From positions 55,599 through 119,598 of the forward strand of contig CAYHLC010000001.1 of the NCBI GenBank assembly GCA_964357395.1: DNA of 64,000 nt. The letters are read 5' to 3'. This document shows, piece after piece, positions 29,722 to 39,784 of this stretch. The notes beneath the pieces are model-generated. The model saw only the letters and a program-made list of their open reading frames with translations. It did no database searches and was not told the DNA's origin. The translations under genes and the position numbers were made by a program. Positions within the stretch are counted from its first letter, which is position 1. Every line of letters starts with the position of its first letter. This DNA comes from an uncultured Candidatus Saccharibacteria bacterium. GTDB lineage: Bacteria > Patescibacteriota > Minisyncoccia > Phycocordibacterales > Phycocordibacteraceae.

Positions 29722-31910
29722 AAAAAACTCTCTACTCGCTCATAGCTCTCACAATAGCTGGCGCAAGTATCTTTGGAGTGTCGAGCATGACCGAAGCGCA
29801 GTACACGGTGCCCGGATTTACACTCACGAACGACTCGACTTGTGTGGGTGGCACCATGATCCTCCAGTACGGAGACGTACAGGACACTGGTGCTGGAATA
29901 GCGGCAAAGGCACTCGCGGTGCAGGATTGCCAGTACTACATGACCGGCCCAAATCAGTGCTGCTCGGTCAAGTACCGTAGAGCCACACCAGCGCCCCCTG
30001 CTATTGGCTCGCACGTGTTTCAATACGAGGTCTATCAGGGTGGGGTAGTGGGACCTTCAACTCCTCCTCCTGACACCGCGACTAGCCTCTATCAGCACTG
30101 GGCTGGCGTTTCTAGTCCTGCTAACTCGTGTATGGGGACGTGGCAGCTTGCCTCGACCGATATGTCTGATGTTGCGTGTACCGGGTCAGGTGGCGTATGC
30201 GTACCAAATGCGAACAATACAAATATCTATTCCGCACTCGCTACCTGCCCAAGCGCCAACCCAGACGGAGTTGCATGCAAGGTGGGAGACCCAGTCCTCC
30301 TACGGGGTGTGAAGGGGCCACTCACCTACGGCACCAGCTGTAAGTGGAATTCGGTAGAGCCCGGCAGCAATATCATTACGACGAATGTCTACAACTGTGT
30401 GGGCGCAAGCGGATCGATAGTCAGCACAAGTTGTGATCTGCCCGCGGCGCAGGTGACCGCAGACCTAGTAGCAAATCCAAATTCGATTGAGCTCGGCGAG
30501 CAGTCGCTCCTCACGTGGACCTCAACTGGAGCAACGTCCTGTACGAGCTCCGACTTTACTGTAACGAACAGCGCAACGCAGGGCTCTACCCCGGTAGCGC
30601 CAACTGCAACCAAGACCTACACCGTCACCTGTACGGGTGCAGGGGGGAGTGCGGACGCAAGCGCGACGGTCAGCGTTTCCACACCAGGGACTGAGCCTGA
30701 GCTTGCAGCAACGTGCCGCGTGCACCCAACGAGTGCAAGGACAGGCGAGACGGTGTTGTGGTCTTCAACGGTGACTGGTCCGCAGGGCTTGTACGCATAC
30801 TCGTGGAGCGGAAGCGAGAACCTAAGCGGTGTTGCGAACCAGGTATTTAAGACCTACGCGTCGACAGGACAGAAGACTGCGTCGCTTACCGTGACCTACA
30901 CCCCACCTGCACCTGTAGAAAGCAGTGGCGCAGAAAGTTCTTCAGTGGCGCCATCAACGACATCACCAACCACACCACCCACAGCCCCTACAACACCGGC
31001 GCTCGGTGATGGTCTGTTGGATACTGCGTGCACAACACTAGGCTGGACTACGCCAATTACGGCCTGCGCTGGTAGCTGGTCACCGACCTATAGTTCCGCT
31101 GGATGCCAGAACGGCTGGCAGTGCACCAGTACTATGCCTACGGACGGCGGCGGTGGCGGTACACTCCCCGCCGAGGACACGTCATTCCTCGACTCGTTGC
31201 AGGAGCTACTCAGGTTCGAATCATCACAGATCAACGAGATCCCAGAGATCCAAACAGTAGACGGTTCGGTGCTCGCAGCATCCGTTGGCCCGCAGACTAT
31301 TACAGTCCAGTGCGAGAACGCAGCGAACATTACAACGCCACCTGTGTATCAGTGTTCAGACGGAATCGATAACGATGATGATGGCCTTGCAGACGAAGAC
31401 GATCCAGGCTGCTACGTCGGCGGCACTCCTGGCGGCCAGCCAGGCGGTCCCGGCGGCGGTACCTACAATTCCGGCGGCGGGAGCGAGGGGACGACCCCGA
31501 ACCAATGCACTACCGGACTCTTCTGCAAAGGTACGGATGTATACTCACGGAACGCGCAGTGTGTCGAGTCCTTTGTTAAGAGTTGCCCATTCGGATGCCT
31601 TAATGGTGAGTGTATCGACGGCCCCGCAGAGGAGCCAGACCTAACGCTAAACGCAACTCCGCCGCTCATCAAGAAGGGTCAGTCCTGCACACTTGCAGTA
31701 AGTGCTCGCAGCGTGACGAGCTGCTCCTTAACTGGCAGTGGCGTGTCAGTTACGTTCCCCGCTACTGGTGGCATTGTTGCAGCAACAACAGTTATCACCC
31801 CATCCCTCACCGTGACGAGTCCGTACAAGCTTACGTGTACCGGTACTAACGGAGCAACATTGTCGAAGACGGTTGAGTGCAAGATCGCACCGTCGTTTGA
31901 GGAGTTCTGA
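29718..31910 (+). CDS. Large secreted Cys/Thr-rich surface protein with Ig/PKD-like domains (module 1, gene B)
   Basis: Signal peptide, LTWTSTGATSCT, YSWSG, QCSDGIDNDDDG, C-terminal APSFEEF. Confidence 0.85.
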   Translation: MKKTLYSLIALTIAGASIFGVSSMTEAQYTVPGFTLTNDSTCVGGTMILQYGDVQDTGAGIAAKALAVQDCQYYMTGPNQCCSVKYRRATPAPPAIGSHVFQYEVYQGGVVGPSTPPPDTATSLYQHWAGVSSPANSCMGTWQLASTDMSDVACTGSGGVCVPNANNTNIYSALATCPSANPDGVACKVGDPVLLRGVKGPLTYGTSCKWNSVEPGSNIITTNVYNCVGASGSIVSTSCDLPAAQVTADLVANPNSIELGEQSLLTWTSTGATSCTSSDFTVTNSATQGSTPVAPTATKTYTVTCTGAGGSADASATVSVSTPGTEPELAATCRVHPTSARTGETVLWSSTVTGPQGLYAYSWSGSENLSGVANQVFKTYASTGQKTASLTVTYTPPAPVESSGAESSSVAPSTTSPTTPPTAPTTPALGDGLLDTACTTLGWTTPITACAGSWSPTYSSAGCQNGWQCTSTMPTDGGGGGTLPAEDTSFLDSLQELLRFESSQINEIPEIQTVDGSVLAASVGPQTITVQCENAANITTPPVYQCSDGIDNDDDGLADEDDPGCYVGGTPGGQPGGPGGGTYNSGGGSEGTTPNQCTTGLFCKGTDVYSRNAQCVESFVKSCPFGCLNGECIDGPAEEPDLTLNATPPLIKKGQSCTLAVSARSVTSCSLTGSGVSVTFPATGGIVAATTVITPSLTVTSPYKLTCTGTNGATLSKTVECKIAPSFEEF

Positions 31911-31913
31911 TCC

Positions 31914-32819
31914 ATGGTTGATTTGGTCAAACAGTTCCGCTCTGTGCCTGTCATGCGGGTGTTGTTGCCCGGTGTCGCCGTGGTAGGAATTGCGGCTTTG
32001 CTCGTGTGGTATATCACCGATGACCCACTGCGTGGAGTGGTATATGTGACGGTGACGGACGGGCTCTCGCACGCTGCGACCATAACACTCCCTGAGCTTT
32101 CAACAACCACACTGCAGGTTGCAGACGCAGCTCTCTTGGCGCAGATACCAAGTCCCGACGGGGACTCTACTGCGTCGCTCACCGTTTCCTTGGAGGAGGG
32201 GAGAGGGATTGTGGTCAGTACAAGCGGTGCGTCGCGCACGGTGGTGCTCCACGGTACCATCCCCACTCCTCCCGCCTGGGCGCATGACTCCAGTACTTTT
32301 GCATTTGCAGTGTTGCCCGCTGAGTCTGAGGGGGATACTGGCAATCCTGCTACCTGGCAGGTGGTGCGTGCGGTTGCAAACGGAGACTCGTTAGTTCTGG
32401 GTCACGGATTCCGACCGATGCCCGCCTTTGATGATCGTGTGTACGCACTGACTGAGCGCGGCATCGAGCTGTTGGACTTTGGCAAAGTGGGCGAGATTGT
32501 GGTTGCGAGCGCGGCGCCCGTCCACACAGCGACTCCATTTGCCGCTTCGCCTGATGGCACACAGGTGGCGTGGGTTAATCCTGCTGATCGCTCGCTACAA
32601 GTCTTCGAGCACACTAACGGTTTTTTTGTACCACTTCTCTTCCTGCCCGGGGTGTCGCCGCATTCTATTGTCTTCTCACCGGACGGCATGTACCTGCTTG
32701 TGGCATTCCAAACAGAGACAGAAACACGCCTTTCCCGCATACGCATAGATGGCGGTAGCACCGATGCGGTAGGTGTATTGCAAGGTGGTGTGGCACTTCA
32801 TGCATGGCATTATGAATAA
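31914..32819 (+). CDS. Membrane-anchored WD40/TolB-like propeller protein (module 2, gene A)
   Basis: TM helix, SPDG repeats, VAWVNPADRSLQVF. Confidence 0.8.
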   Translation: MVDLVKQFRSVPVMRVLLPGVAVVGIAALLVWYITDDPLRGVVYVTVTDGLSHAATITLPELSTTTLQVADAALLAQIPSPDGDSTASLTVSLEEGRGIVVSTSGASRTVVLHGTIPTPPAWAHDSSTFAFAVLPAESEGDTGNPATWQVVRAVANGDSLVLGHGFRPMPAFDDRVYALTERGIELLDFGKVGEIVVASAAPVHTATPFAASPDGTQVAWVNPADRSLQVFEHTNGFFVPLLFLPGVSPHSIVFSPDGMYLLVAFQTETETRLSRIRIDGGSTDAVGVLQGGVALHAWHYE

Positions 32820-35124
32820 GATACACTCTGCACTTGCTGCACTTGTTATCGCGGTAGCACTCGTGTCGGTGGCGCACGCCTACACCACCACGGTCTATAA
32901 CGCGCAATGGTGTACCGGGGGCACGTTGGCCGGCACGGCACTGATACAGCCGACCAACAGTTGCGTATCATTTTGTGCGGGACTCTCGGCGACCTGCTGC
33001 ACTACCAAGCAGGTCTTGGAGCTGAATACGGGCGAGGTCACCTACGACTGCTCCGCCTACCTCAACACCACCACTCATGCCGCAAAGTCGAACCAGACGA
33101 TTAACTGTGGTGGCGAGCCGTGTATCCGCAACTCGTGGACTGCAACAGTCATAAACTATTCGGGGACGCCAGTGACCGCTGATATCGTTGCCAACCCTGG
33201 CACTATTACGACCGGGCAGTCGTCACTACTGACCTGGTCATCGACCGGGGCTACGAGCTGCACGGGCACTAACTTCTCAACCGGAGGGGCGGTGTCGGGA
33301 TCAATAAGTGTGGCGCCGGCAAGCGATACGCTCTATACGGTCACCTGTCAAAACGCGAGCACATCTGCAAACGACACGGTGTGGGTGTACCGACAAAATT
33401 TTAATGTATCTTGCACCGTTAACACTGGCACGGGTGGCGGGTACGGTATGGTCGGCACCCCAGTCACGTGGACCGCAGCACCACTCTATGGCCCTGGCGC
33501 CTACACGTACTCGTGGAGCGGGACGGACTCGCTCTCGGGATCAACCAATGCGGTACAAAAGACGTACACGACCAGCGGTCAGAAAGAGGCTACGGTAACT
33601 GTGACCTCGGGTGGCCTCAGCATCAGCACCGAGTGCATCTATAACAACTGCACCGCTTCGACGTGCCAATCCTCGGGCATCAACGTGATTTCCGGGGAGG
33701 GTGTAGACATTGCTGGTGGTATCCCGAGTATTAATTCCGGAAGCCTCGTGTCGGGCGGCACGCTGACGTTCTCGGGGCAGATCCAGAGTATTGGAACTGG
33801 AAGCATAGATGAGTATTTCCAAAACCGCTTCCAGGTAGATATTGGGAATGATGGTACGTACAACACCAACCTCGATATACTTGGGAGTACTGTTAGCTAT
33901 CCTAAGTATAACGCCACACAGATGTGCTCGGGCGGTACTCTCGTATATGAGGGGTCTGATGTGCAGGACACAGGAAACCTTAGCGATCCTGTCGGGCTTG
34001 CGCAGTTAAATTGTTCGAACGGCGGTGGCGCGGGGCCCGGATTGCAGTCTGGACAGTGCTGTCAGACAAACTTTCGTCATGAGAGTTGCGCGCCACCCAC
34101 TATCTGTTACTACTACTTTGACTGGAAGGTGTACAACAACGCTACTCTCGTTCCAGAGACCACCTCAGTTACGTGCCCAGCGAACTACAACTGCAGAGCA
34201 GGAACGATGGTTACTGCTACCGGCGTGCACTACACCATCCCGCTCGGCTCCAACGTGTCGGTGACCTCGCCATCGTGGACCAATATCCCACCCGGCACCC
34301 ACTCGGTGCGGCTCTGCGTGGACCAACCATCGCTCTCGCTCACTGAGACAAACGAGACCAACAACTGCGGCACGGCATACGTCTTTACGGTAGGTGGACC
34401 AGACTTTACCGCAAGCCAGCCGAACTTGAATTCGGGCTCACTGATAGCAGGTCAGCAACTTACGTTCTACGGGACTGTTACGAACGCGGGGACCCTGTCC
34501 CACACCGGCACCATCCCGAACCGCTTCCAGATCGACCTCAGTAACAACGGGTCGTGGGATACCAACCTCGACGCGTCCATCACTGACCTAGCTGTAGGCC
34601 AAACCAAGCAGCCTATCTCGCCAACATGGACCGCAACTTCTGGAACTCACGCGGTACGACTCTGCGCAGATACTCCTGCCAGTATTACAGAGAGTAACGA
34701 GTCCAACAATTGTGGATCGTCCTTCGTTATTACTGTTTCGGCGCCAACCCAGTGTCAGGACGGAGTCGATAACAACGGCAACGGACTCATTGACACCGCT
34801 GACCCAGCCTGCTCGAGTGGGGGAGATACATCAGAGGAGCTCCATGCTGTTGCAACGCTTGTTATGACCCCAAGCAAAACTACTGTGAAGACTGGTACCA
34901 CCACAACCCTTGTCTGGAGCGTAACAGAAGTCGTTACGAACTCCTGCAAGATCACCTCGAACGTTGGAGACTTGTGGAACCTGACTGGAACCTCGGGTAG
35001 CCAGGTCACCAGCCCAATAACCCAAGAGACGGTATACACCCTGACCTGTACCTCTATGAAGACAGGTGGCCCAGTTAGCACCACAACCAGAGTTCGACTC
35101 GCCCCATTCTTCGAGGAGATCTAG
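32812..35124 (+). CDS. Large secreted Cys/Thr-rich surface protein with PKD- and CARDB-like domains (module 2, gene B)
   Basis: Signal peptide from ATG 32812, two ExNExNNC motifs, QCQDGVDNNGNG, C-terminal APFFEEI. Confidence 0.85.
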   Translation: MNKIHSALAALVIAVALVSVAHAYTTTVYNAQWCTGGTLAGTALIQPTNSCVSFCAGLSATCCTTKQVLELNTGEVTYDCSAYLNTTTHAAKSNQTINCGGEPCIRNSWTATVINYSGTPVTADIVANPGTITTGQSSLLTWSSTGATSCTGTNFSTGGAVSGSISVAPASDTLYTVTCQNASTSANDTVWVYRQNFNVSCTVNTGTGGGYGMVGTPVTWTAAPLYGPGAYTYSWSGTDSLSGSTNAVQKTYTTSGQKEATVTVTSGGLSISTECIYNNCTASTCQSSGINVISGEGVDIAGGIPSINSGSLVSGGTLTFSGQIQSIGTGSIDEYFQNRFQVDIGNDGTYNTNLDILGSTVSYPKYNATQMCSGGTLVYEGSDVQDTGNLSDPVGLAQLNCSNGGGAGPGLQSGQCCQTNFRHESCAPPTICYYYFDWKVYNNATLVPETTSVTCPANYNCRAGTMVTATGVHYTIPLGSNVSVTSPSWTNIPPGTHSVRLCVDQPSLSLTETNETNNCGTAYVFTVGGPDFTASQPNLNSGSLIAGQQLTFYGTVTNAGTLSHTGTIPNRFQIDLSNNGSWDTNLDASITDLAVGQTKQPISPTWTATSGTHAVRLCADTPASITESNESNNCGSSFVITVSAPTQCQDGVDNNGNGLIDTADPACSSGGDTSEELHAVATLVMTPSKTTVKTGTTTTLVWSVTEVVTNSCKITSNVGDLWNLTGTSGSQVTSPITQETVYTLTCTSMKTGGPVSTTTRVRLAPFFEEI

Positions 35125-35131
35125 CCCTACC

Positions 35132-35160
35132 TTGCTGAAGAAGTGTTTATTTGGTACAGT
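35132..35160 (+). promoter_or_regulatory. Sigma70-type promoter of rpmE
   Basis: TTGCTG-17 bp-TACAGT with extended TG. Confidence 0.6.
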
Positions 35161-35169
35161 AGCTCCTGT

Positions 35170-35430
35170 ATGAAGCAGGGAGTACACCCGACCAATTACC
35201 GACCCGTCATCTTTGAGGACGCCTCAGCTGGGGTGAGCTTTCTTATCGGTTCGACCGTAGAGACCAAGTCCAAGGGGAAGTGGGATGGCAAGGAGTACGA
35301 TCTTGTTCAGGTAGAGATTAGCTCTGCGTCGCATCCGTTCTATACCGGAAAGAAGACCACTATTGACCGTGCTGGCCGCGTAGAGCGCTTTAAGGTCCGC
35401 GCATCTAAGGCGGGGGCTAAAAAGAAGTAA
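35170..35430 (+). CDS. rpmE: 50S ribosomal protein L31 type B (Zn-free)
   Basis: [25 protein letters not shown]; no Cys. Confidence 0.95.
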   Translation: MKQGVHPTNYRPVIFEDASAGVSFLIGSTVETKSKGKWDGKEYDLVQVEISSASHPFYTGKKTTIDRAGRVERFKVRASKAGAKKK

Positions 35431-35439
35431 CGACACCTC

Positions 35440-35471
35440 AGACCTCTACTATAATGGTAGAGGTCTTTTTT
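35440..35471 (+). terminator. Terminator-like hairpin whose loop is TATAAT
   Basis: agacctctac-tataatg-gtagaggtct followed by a T-run. Confidence 0.65.
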
Positions 35472-35473
35472 AT

Positions 35474-36448
35474 ATGACAACACTCGAGGAGTACCACAAA
35501 GATCACCGCACCCGCTACCTGGCGGAGGAGCATGACCGCCTGACGGCAGAGATAGCACGCGCGGATGCTCTTGCAGCAGAGGACCCTGCGATGACAGAGC
35601 TTGCTGCCGAGGAGCGCGCTGCCTTGCTCACTAGCCAGGCAGAGGTCATAAAGCAGATGGAGCAGATACTGGGGAGTGGCGAGAGTCAGGGGCCCGGCGA
35701 GGCAGTCGCGGTAGTCATGGAGTTCCGTGCCGCAGCGGGTGGTGACGAGGCGAGCCTCTTTGCGAGTGAGCTGGCACGCATGTACCAGCGCTACGCCGAG
35801 CGACGCGGCTGGGAGGTCAAGCTCCTCAATGGGCACGCTGAGATAGAGATCAAGGGCAAGGCGGTGTACGAGGCGCTGAAGTATGAAACCGGTGTGCACC
35901 GCGTACAGCGCATCCCTAGTACGGAGAAGGCGGGCCGCATCCATACCTCGACAGCATCGGTTGCAATTTTACCGATCAGGAAGTTTAACAAAATGTCACT
36001 GAATCCATCTGACATCGAAATGGAGTTCTCTCGCTCGGGTGGTGCCGGAGGACAGAACGTCAACAAGGTCGAGTCTGCGGTTCGCCTTGTGCACAAACCG
36101 ACCGGACTCGAGGTCCGCTCGCAGTCAGAGCGTAGCCAGGCGGCCAACCGCGAAAAGGCGATGCAGATCCTCACTGCAAAGGTCGAGACATACGAGGAGG
36201 AAAAAGCCGCTCGTGAGCATTCGGAAGCTCGGAAGGCACAAATTGGTACGGGCGATCGGTCGGAAAAGATACGGACCTACAACTTTCCTCAGGACCGCCT
36301 GACGGACCACCGCATTAAGCAATCCTGGCACAACCTGCCTGCCATTATGGATGGGGACATCGAGGATATGGTCGCGGCCTTACAAAAGGTGGCAGCAGGG
36401 GGCTCCGTAGGATCTCTGCCCGTCGAAGAATTGCCGGAGGAGGACTAA
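35474..36448 (+). CDS. prfA: Peptide chain release factor 1 (short N-terminus)
   Basis: [11 protein letters not shown] (PxT), [19 protein letters not shown]. Confidence 0.95.
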   Translation: MTTLEEYHKDHRTRYLAEEHDRLTAEIARADALAAEDPAMTELAAEERAALLTSQAEVIKQMEQILGSGESQGPGEAVAVVMEFRAAAGGDEASLFASELARMYQRYAERRGWEVKLLNGHAEIEIKGKAVYEALKYETGVHRVQRIPSTEKAGRIHTSTASVAILPIRKFNKMSLNPSDIEMEFSRSGGAGGQNVNKVESAVRLVHKPTGLEVRSQSERSQAANREKAMQILTAKVETYEEEKAAREHSEARKAQIGTGDRSEKIRTYNFPQDRLTDHRIKQSWHNLPAIMDGDIEDMVAALQKVAAGGSVGSLPVEELPEED

Positions 36449-36459
36449 TGTGATACAGT
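36431..36459 (+). promoter_or_regulatory. Leaderless-type promoter of rpsB
   Basis: TTGCCG-17 bp-TACAGT, ATG 7 nt later. Confidence 0.65.
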
Positions 36460-36466
36460 AGCCCCT

Positions 36467-37168
36467 ATGCAGGATTCGAAAAATGGCATGATTCAGGCGC
36501 TCTTTAAGGTGGGGGCCCATTTCGGCTATGCACGCTCGCGTCGCCATGCCACCATGAAGTCATTCGTATTTGGTACCAAGAACAAGACAGACATTCTGGA
36601 CCTCACCCAGACAGCCCCTCTCCTCGAAGAGGTGTTAGAGTATGTGCGTATTCTCGGTACTCAGGGCAAGAACCTCCTCTTCGTCGGCGGTAAGCCAGAG
36701 GTGTCATCCATGGTCCGCACTTCAGCCGCATCCATTGGTATGCCGTATGTAGCGGGCAGGTGGCTCGGCGGTACGCTCTCCAACTTTGTCGAAATCAAGA
36801 AGCGTATGAATCGGATGAAGGAATTGATCGAGGGTAGGGAGTCGGGCACGCTTGCGCACAAGTACACCAAGAAGGAACGCCTCATGATCGACCGCGAGAT
36901 TGCCCGGCTCGAGGAAAACTTTGCCGGCCTCGTCACGATGGACCGCCTCCCTGACGCCCTCGTCATAGTTGACACTAAGCGGGAAGATAATGCAGTCAAG
37001 GAAGCTCGAGGATTAGGCATCCCAGTCATTGGTATAATGAATTCTGACTGCGATCGCAGTCTTGTGACTCACCCGATTATCGGGAATGATGCTTCGCGTG
37101 AGAGCGTCTCTTTCTTCCTAGGAGAGATCGCACAGGCATTCGAGGAGGGCCGCAAGGCTAAGACGTAA
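36467..37168 (+). CDS. rpsB: 30S ribosomal protein S2
   Basis: GAHFG, RWLGGTLSN, IIGND. Confidence 0.97.
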   Translation: MQDSKNGMIQALFKVGAHFGYARSRRHATMKSFVFGTKNKTDILDLTQTAPLLEEVLEYVRILGTQGKNLLFVGGKPEVSSMVRTSAASIGMPYVAGRWLGGTLSNFVEIKKRMNRMKELIEGRESGTLAHKYTKKERLMIDREIARLEENFAGLVTMDRLPDALVIVDTKREDNAVKEARGLGIPVIGIMNSDCDRSLVTHPIIGNDASRESVSFFLGEIAQAFEEGRKAKT

Positions 37169-37193
37169 GTCTTAAATAACTCAAATAGTATAT

Positions 37194-37778
37194 ATGGCAG
37201 TCTCTTCAGACGTTGTTAAAGAGCTTCGTGAGCGAACCGGCATTTCTGTTATGCAGTGCAAGGCCGCGCTTGAGGAGGCCGGTGGTGACATGGATAAGGC
37301 ACTCATGCTCCTTCGAAAGAAGGGCTCAGCTATTGCAGACAAGAAGGGTGACCGATCACTCGGCGCCGGAGCTCTTGCCGCATATGTACATGCGAACAAG
37401 AAGATTGCCGCAGTAGTCGAGCTCCAGTCGGAGACCGACTTTGTAGCAAAGAACGAGGACTTCATAAAGCTGGCATACGAGTTAGCCTTGCAGGTCGCCG
37501 CCTCAAGCCCGCTGTACCTCACCCGAGCAGATGTGCCAGCAGAGGAGATGGATAAGATCAAGGCTATGTACGTAGCGGACGTTGAGGGCAAGCCAGAAAA
37601 CCTGAAAGAGACCATTCTTGCAGGCAAGATCGATTCGTACATGAAGGGGATAGTCTTCTACGAGCAACTTTATATTAAGGACGACTCGCTCACGATTAAA
37701 CAGCTCATCGATAACGCGGTACAGAAGTTCGGCGAGCGTATCGAGGTCGGCTCCTTTAGACGCTTCGTAACCAAGTAG
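37194..37778 (+). CDS. tsf: Elongation factor Ts (short form)
   Basis: VKELRERTG, ETDFVAKN; follows rpsB. Confidence 0.96.
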   Translation: MAVSSDVVKELRERTGISVMQCKAALEEAGGDMDKALMLLRKKGSAIADKKGDRSLGAGALAAYVHANKKIAAVVELQSETDFVAKNEDFIKLAYELALQVAASSPLYLTRADVPAEEMDKIKAMYVADVEGKPENLKETILAGKIDSYMKGIVFYEQLYIKDDSLTIKQLIDNAVQKFGERIEVGSFRRFVTK

Positions 37779-37779
37779 T

Positions 37780-38139
37780 ATGCTGACGGCGACATTCATT
37801 CTTATTACCGCGGCGGTACTCCTTGGAGCTTTTGTTACATTCCGCATCGTCGAGCATAAGCGCGGCGTTCGCCTCTTTGAGGTATCGCGAGCCGCGCTCG
37901 ATGTGCATGCGCTCATACTATGGAATGATCTTGTAACTGGTGGCGTGCCGCTCAAGTGGCGCCATTCGGCTAAGGTAATCGCGCACCAGGCAACACACGG
38001 TGGGTTGCAGAGCCTGGTCATACTGCTCCGCGCTGCAGAGCGTCCGCTCGCACGACTGTCATACAAGCTTCGTGTGTCAGCCCCAAAAGCCGGTGGCAGG
38101 GAGGTATCTCAGTATCTCAAGACCATCACCCCCGAGTAG
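37780..38139 (+). CDS. Hypothetical protein with N-terminal TM helix
   Basis: ATG directly after the tsf stop; TM helix; C-terminal VSQYLKTI. Confidence 0.7.
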   Translation: MLTATFILITAAVLLGAFVTFRIVEHKRGVRLFEVSRAALDVHALILWNDLVTGGVPLKWRHSAKVIAHQATHGGLQSLVILLRAAERPLARLSYKLRVSAPKAGGREVSQYLKTITPE

Positions 38140-38143
38140 TAGT

Positions 38144-38219
38144 GCCGCCTTAGCTCAGTTGGTAGAGCAACACTTTTGTAAAGTGAAGGTCCTCGGTTCG
38201 AATCCGAGAGGCGGCTCCA
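38144..38219 (+). tRNA. tRNA-Thr(TGT)
   Basis: 76-nt cloverleaf gccgcct...tt-TGT-aa...ttcgaat...aggcggc-t-CCA. Confidence 0.96.
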
Positions 38220-38221
38220 AA

Positions 38222-39784
38222 ATGAAACACATTCCGAGCCACCCCTATCTCCACGTTAGTCGCGCGTCCGATCTGGCGGGATGGGACCGCACGCTCTACC
38301 GGTTTTTGGAATGCTTGCCAGCGGTGCTCTCGATCGGGACGCTTACTGGCCTCTCTGCACTCGCGTTCTTCGCGCCCACTGCCGCAGCCTACTTCACCAT
38401 ACTCTTTTCGGGATACTGGCTCTTCAAGACCATCTTCCTCTCCGCACACCTGCACCATAACTTTAAGCGATTGCGACATAACATGCAGGTCAACTGGCAG
38501 GAGCGACTACAGAACTTTAAGTATGACGACGTTGTGCATGTAGTGATCTTTCCGTTTTATAAAGAGCCGTACGAAGTCTTGCGCGCCTCCGTGCGCGCTG
38601 TCGTAGAGTCGAAGTATGATGGGAAGAAGATCGCGGTCGTCCTCGCGGCCGAGGCGCGCGCAGGACTCGATGCAAGAAGCATGGCCGAGCGCATACAGTC
38701 CGAGTTTAGGGGGGTCCTCCTCGATTGCATTGTTACAGTCCACCCATCGGACACGCCAGGCGATATGGCTGGAAAGGGATCGAACATCGCCTACGCAGCA
38801 GAAGAGGCGAGGGAGCGCATATTGGATGCGCGGAACCTCCCGTACGCACGCACGCTCGTGTCAGCATTCGACGTAGACACCATCGTGTATCCGCACTACT
38901 TCAGCTGCCTCACGTGGCACTTCCAGACCGCGGAGCGGCCGAGCCGAGTATCGTTCCAGCCAGTCCCGCTCTACAACAACAACATCTGGGAGGCGCCCGT
39001 ACTCTCTCGCGTCCTTGCGTACTCCTCGACCTATTGGCAGATGATCCAACAGGAACGCCCAGAACGTCTCTCAACTTTCTCCTCACACGCAGTGCCCATG
39101 GATGCCCTCGTCGAGGCGGGGTACTGGCAGCGCAACATGGTGTCGGAGGATTCGCGCATCTTCTGGAATCTGTTTGTTCGCTTTGATGGCGACTATTCAG
39201 TAATACCCCTGTCGTATCCAGTTTCGATGGATGCCAACGTCGCCGGCACGACCTGGGGCACGGTTAAGAATTTGTACAAACAGCACCGCCGCTGGTCCTA
39301 CGGCGCGGAAAATATTCCGTACATGATTTTTAACTTTATAAAAAATCCGCGCATTCCGCTCCGCAAAAAACTCTTCAACATCAGCACGCAACTCGAGGGG
39401 TTCTGGTCCTTGGTCACACATCCCATCATTTTGTTTGCGGTTGGATGGTTCCCGCTCATCGTGGGTGGGCACGCATTCAATGACACCGTGCTCTCTTACA
39501 ACCTCCCGATCGTCGCACAGTGGTTTCTTACTCTTGCGATGTTCGGACTCGTCACCTGCTCAGCGTACTTTATGTTTCTGATACCCCAGCGCCCAGGTGT
39601 CTACACATGGCGGCAGAGTATCCTTATGGCCTTGCAGTGGGCCTTGGTACCACTTACTATGGTCGCGTTCAGCTCTCTCCCTGGTCTTGAGGCTCAGGTC
39701 CGTCTCGCGACTGGCCGCTATCTCGGCTTTTGGGTTACTCCTAAGGAGAGAGTTCTGAAGTCCCGCAAGACACAATCAGCATGA
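38222..39784 (+). CDS. Membrane glycosyltransferase family 2
   Basis: PFYKE, GKGSN, DVD, SED, QHRRW; TM helices at both ends. Confidence 0.9.
   Translation: MKHIPSHPYLHVSRASDLAGWDRTLYRFLECLPAVLSIGTLTGLSALAFFAPTAAAYFTILFSGYWLFKTIFLSAHLHHNFKRLRHNMQVNWQERLQNFKYDDVVHVVIFPFYKEPYEVLRASVRAVVESKYDGKKIAVVLAAEARAGLDARSMAERIQSEFRGVLLDCIVTVHPSDTPGDMAGKGSNIAYAAEEARERILDARNLPYARTLVSAFDVDTIVYPHYFSCLTWHFQTAERPSRVSFQPVPLYNNNIWEAPVLSRVLAYSSTYWQMIQQERPERLSTFSSHAVPMDALVEAGYWQRNMVSEDSRIFWNLFVRFDGDYSVIPLSYPVSMDANVAGTTWGTVKNLYKQHRRWSYGAENIPYMIFNFIKNPRIPLRKKLFNISTQLEGFWSLVTHPIILFAVGWFPLIVGGHAFNDTVLSYNLPIVAQWFLTLAMFGLVTCSAYFMFLIPQRPGVYTWRQSILMALQWALVPLTMVAFSSLPGLEAQVRLATGRYLGFWVTPKERVLKSRKTQSA

Noticed and set aside
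29047-35124. Prophage or mobile island
   Set aside because: No integrase, terminase, capsid, transposase or flanking direct repeats.
38000-38221. N-terminal extensions in the ORF track (38000, 5498, 8411, 8872, 9261, 47671, 57412)
   Set aside because: They run through a tRNA or upstream genes; downstream starts fit the family N-termini and promoter spacing.
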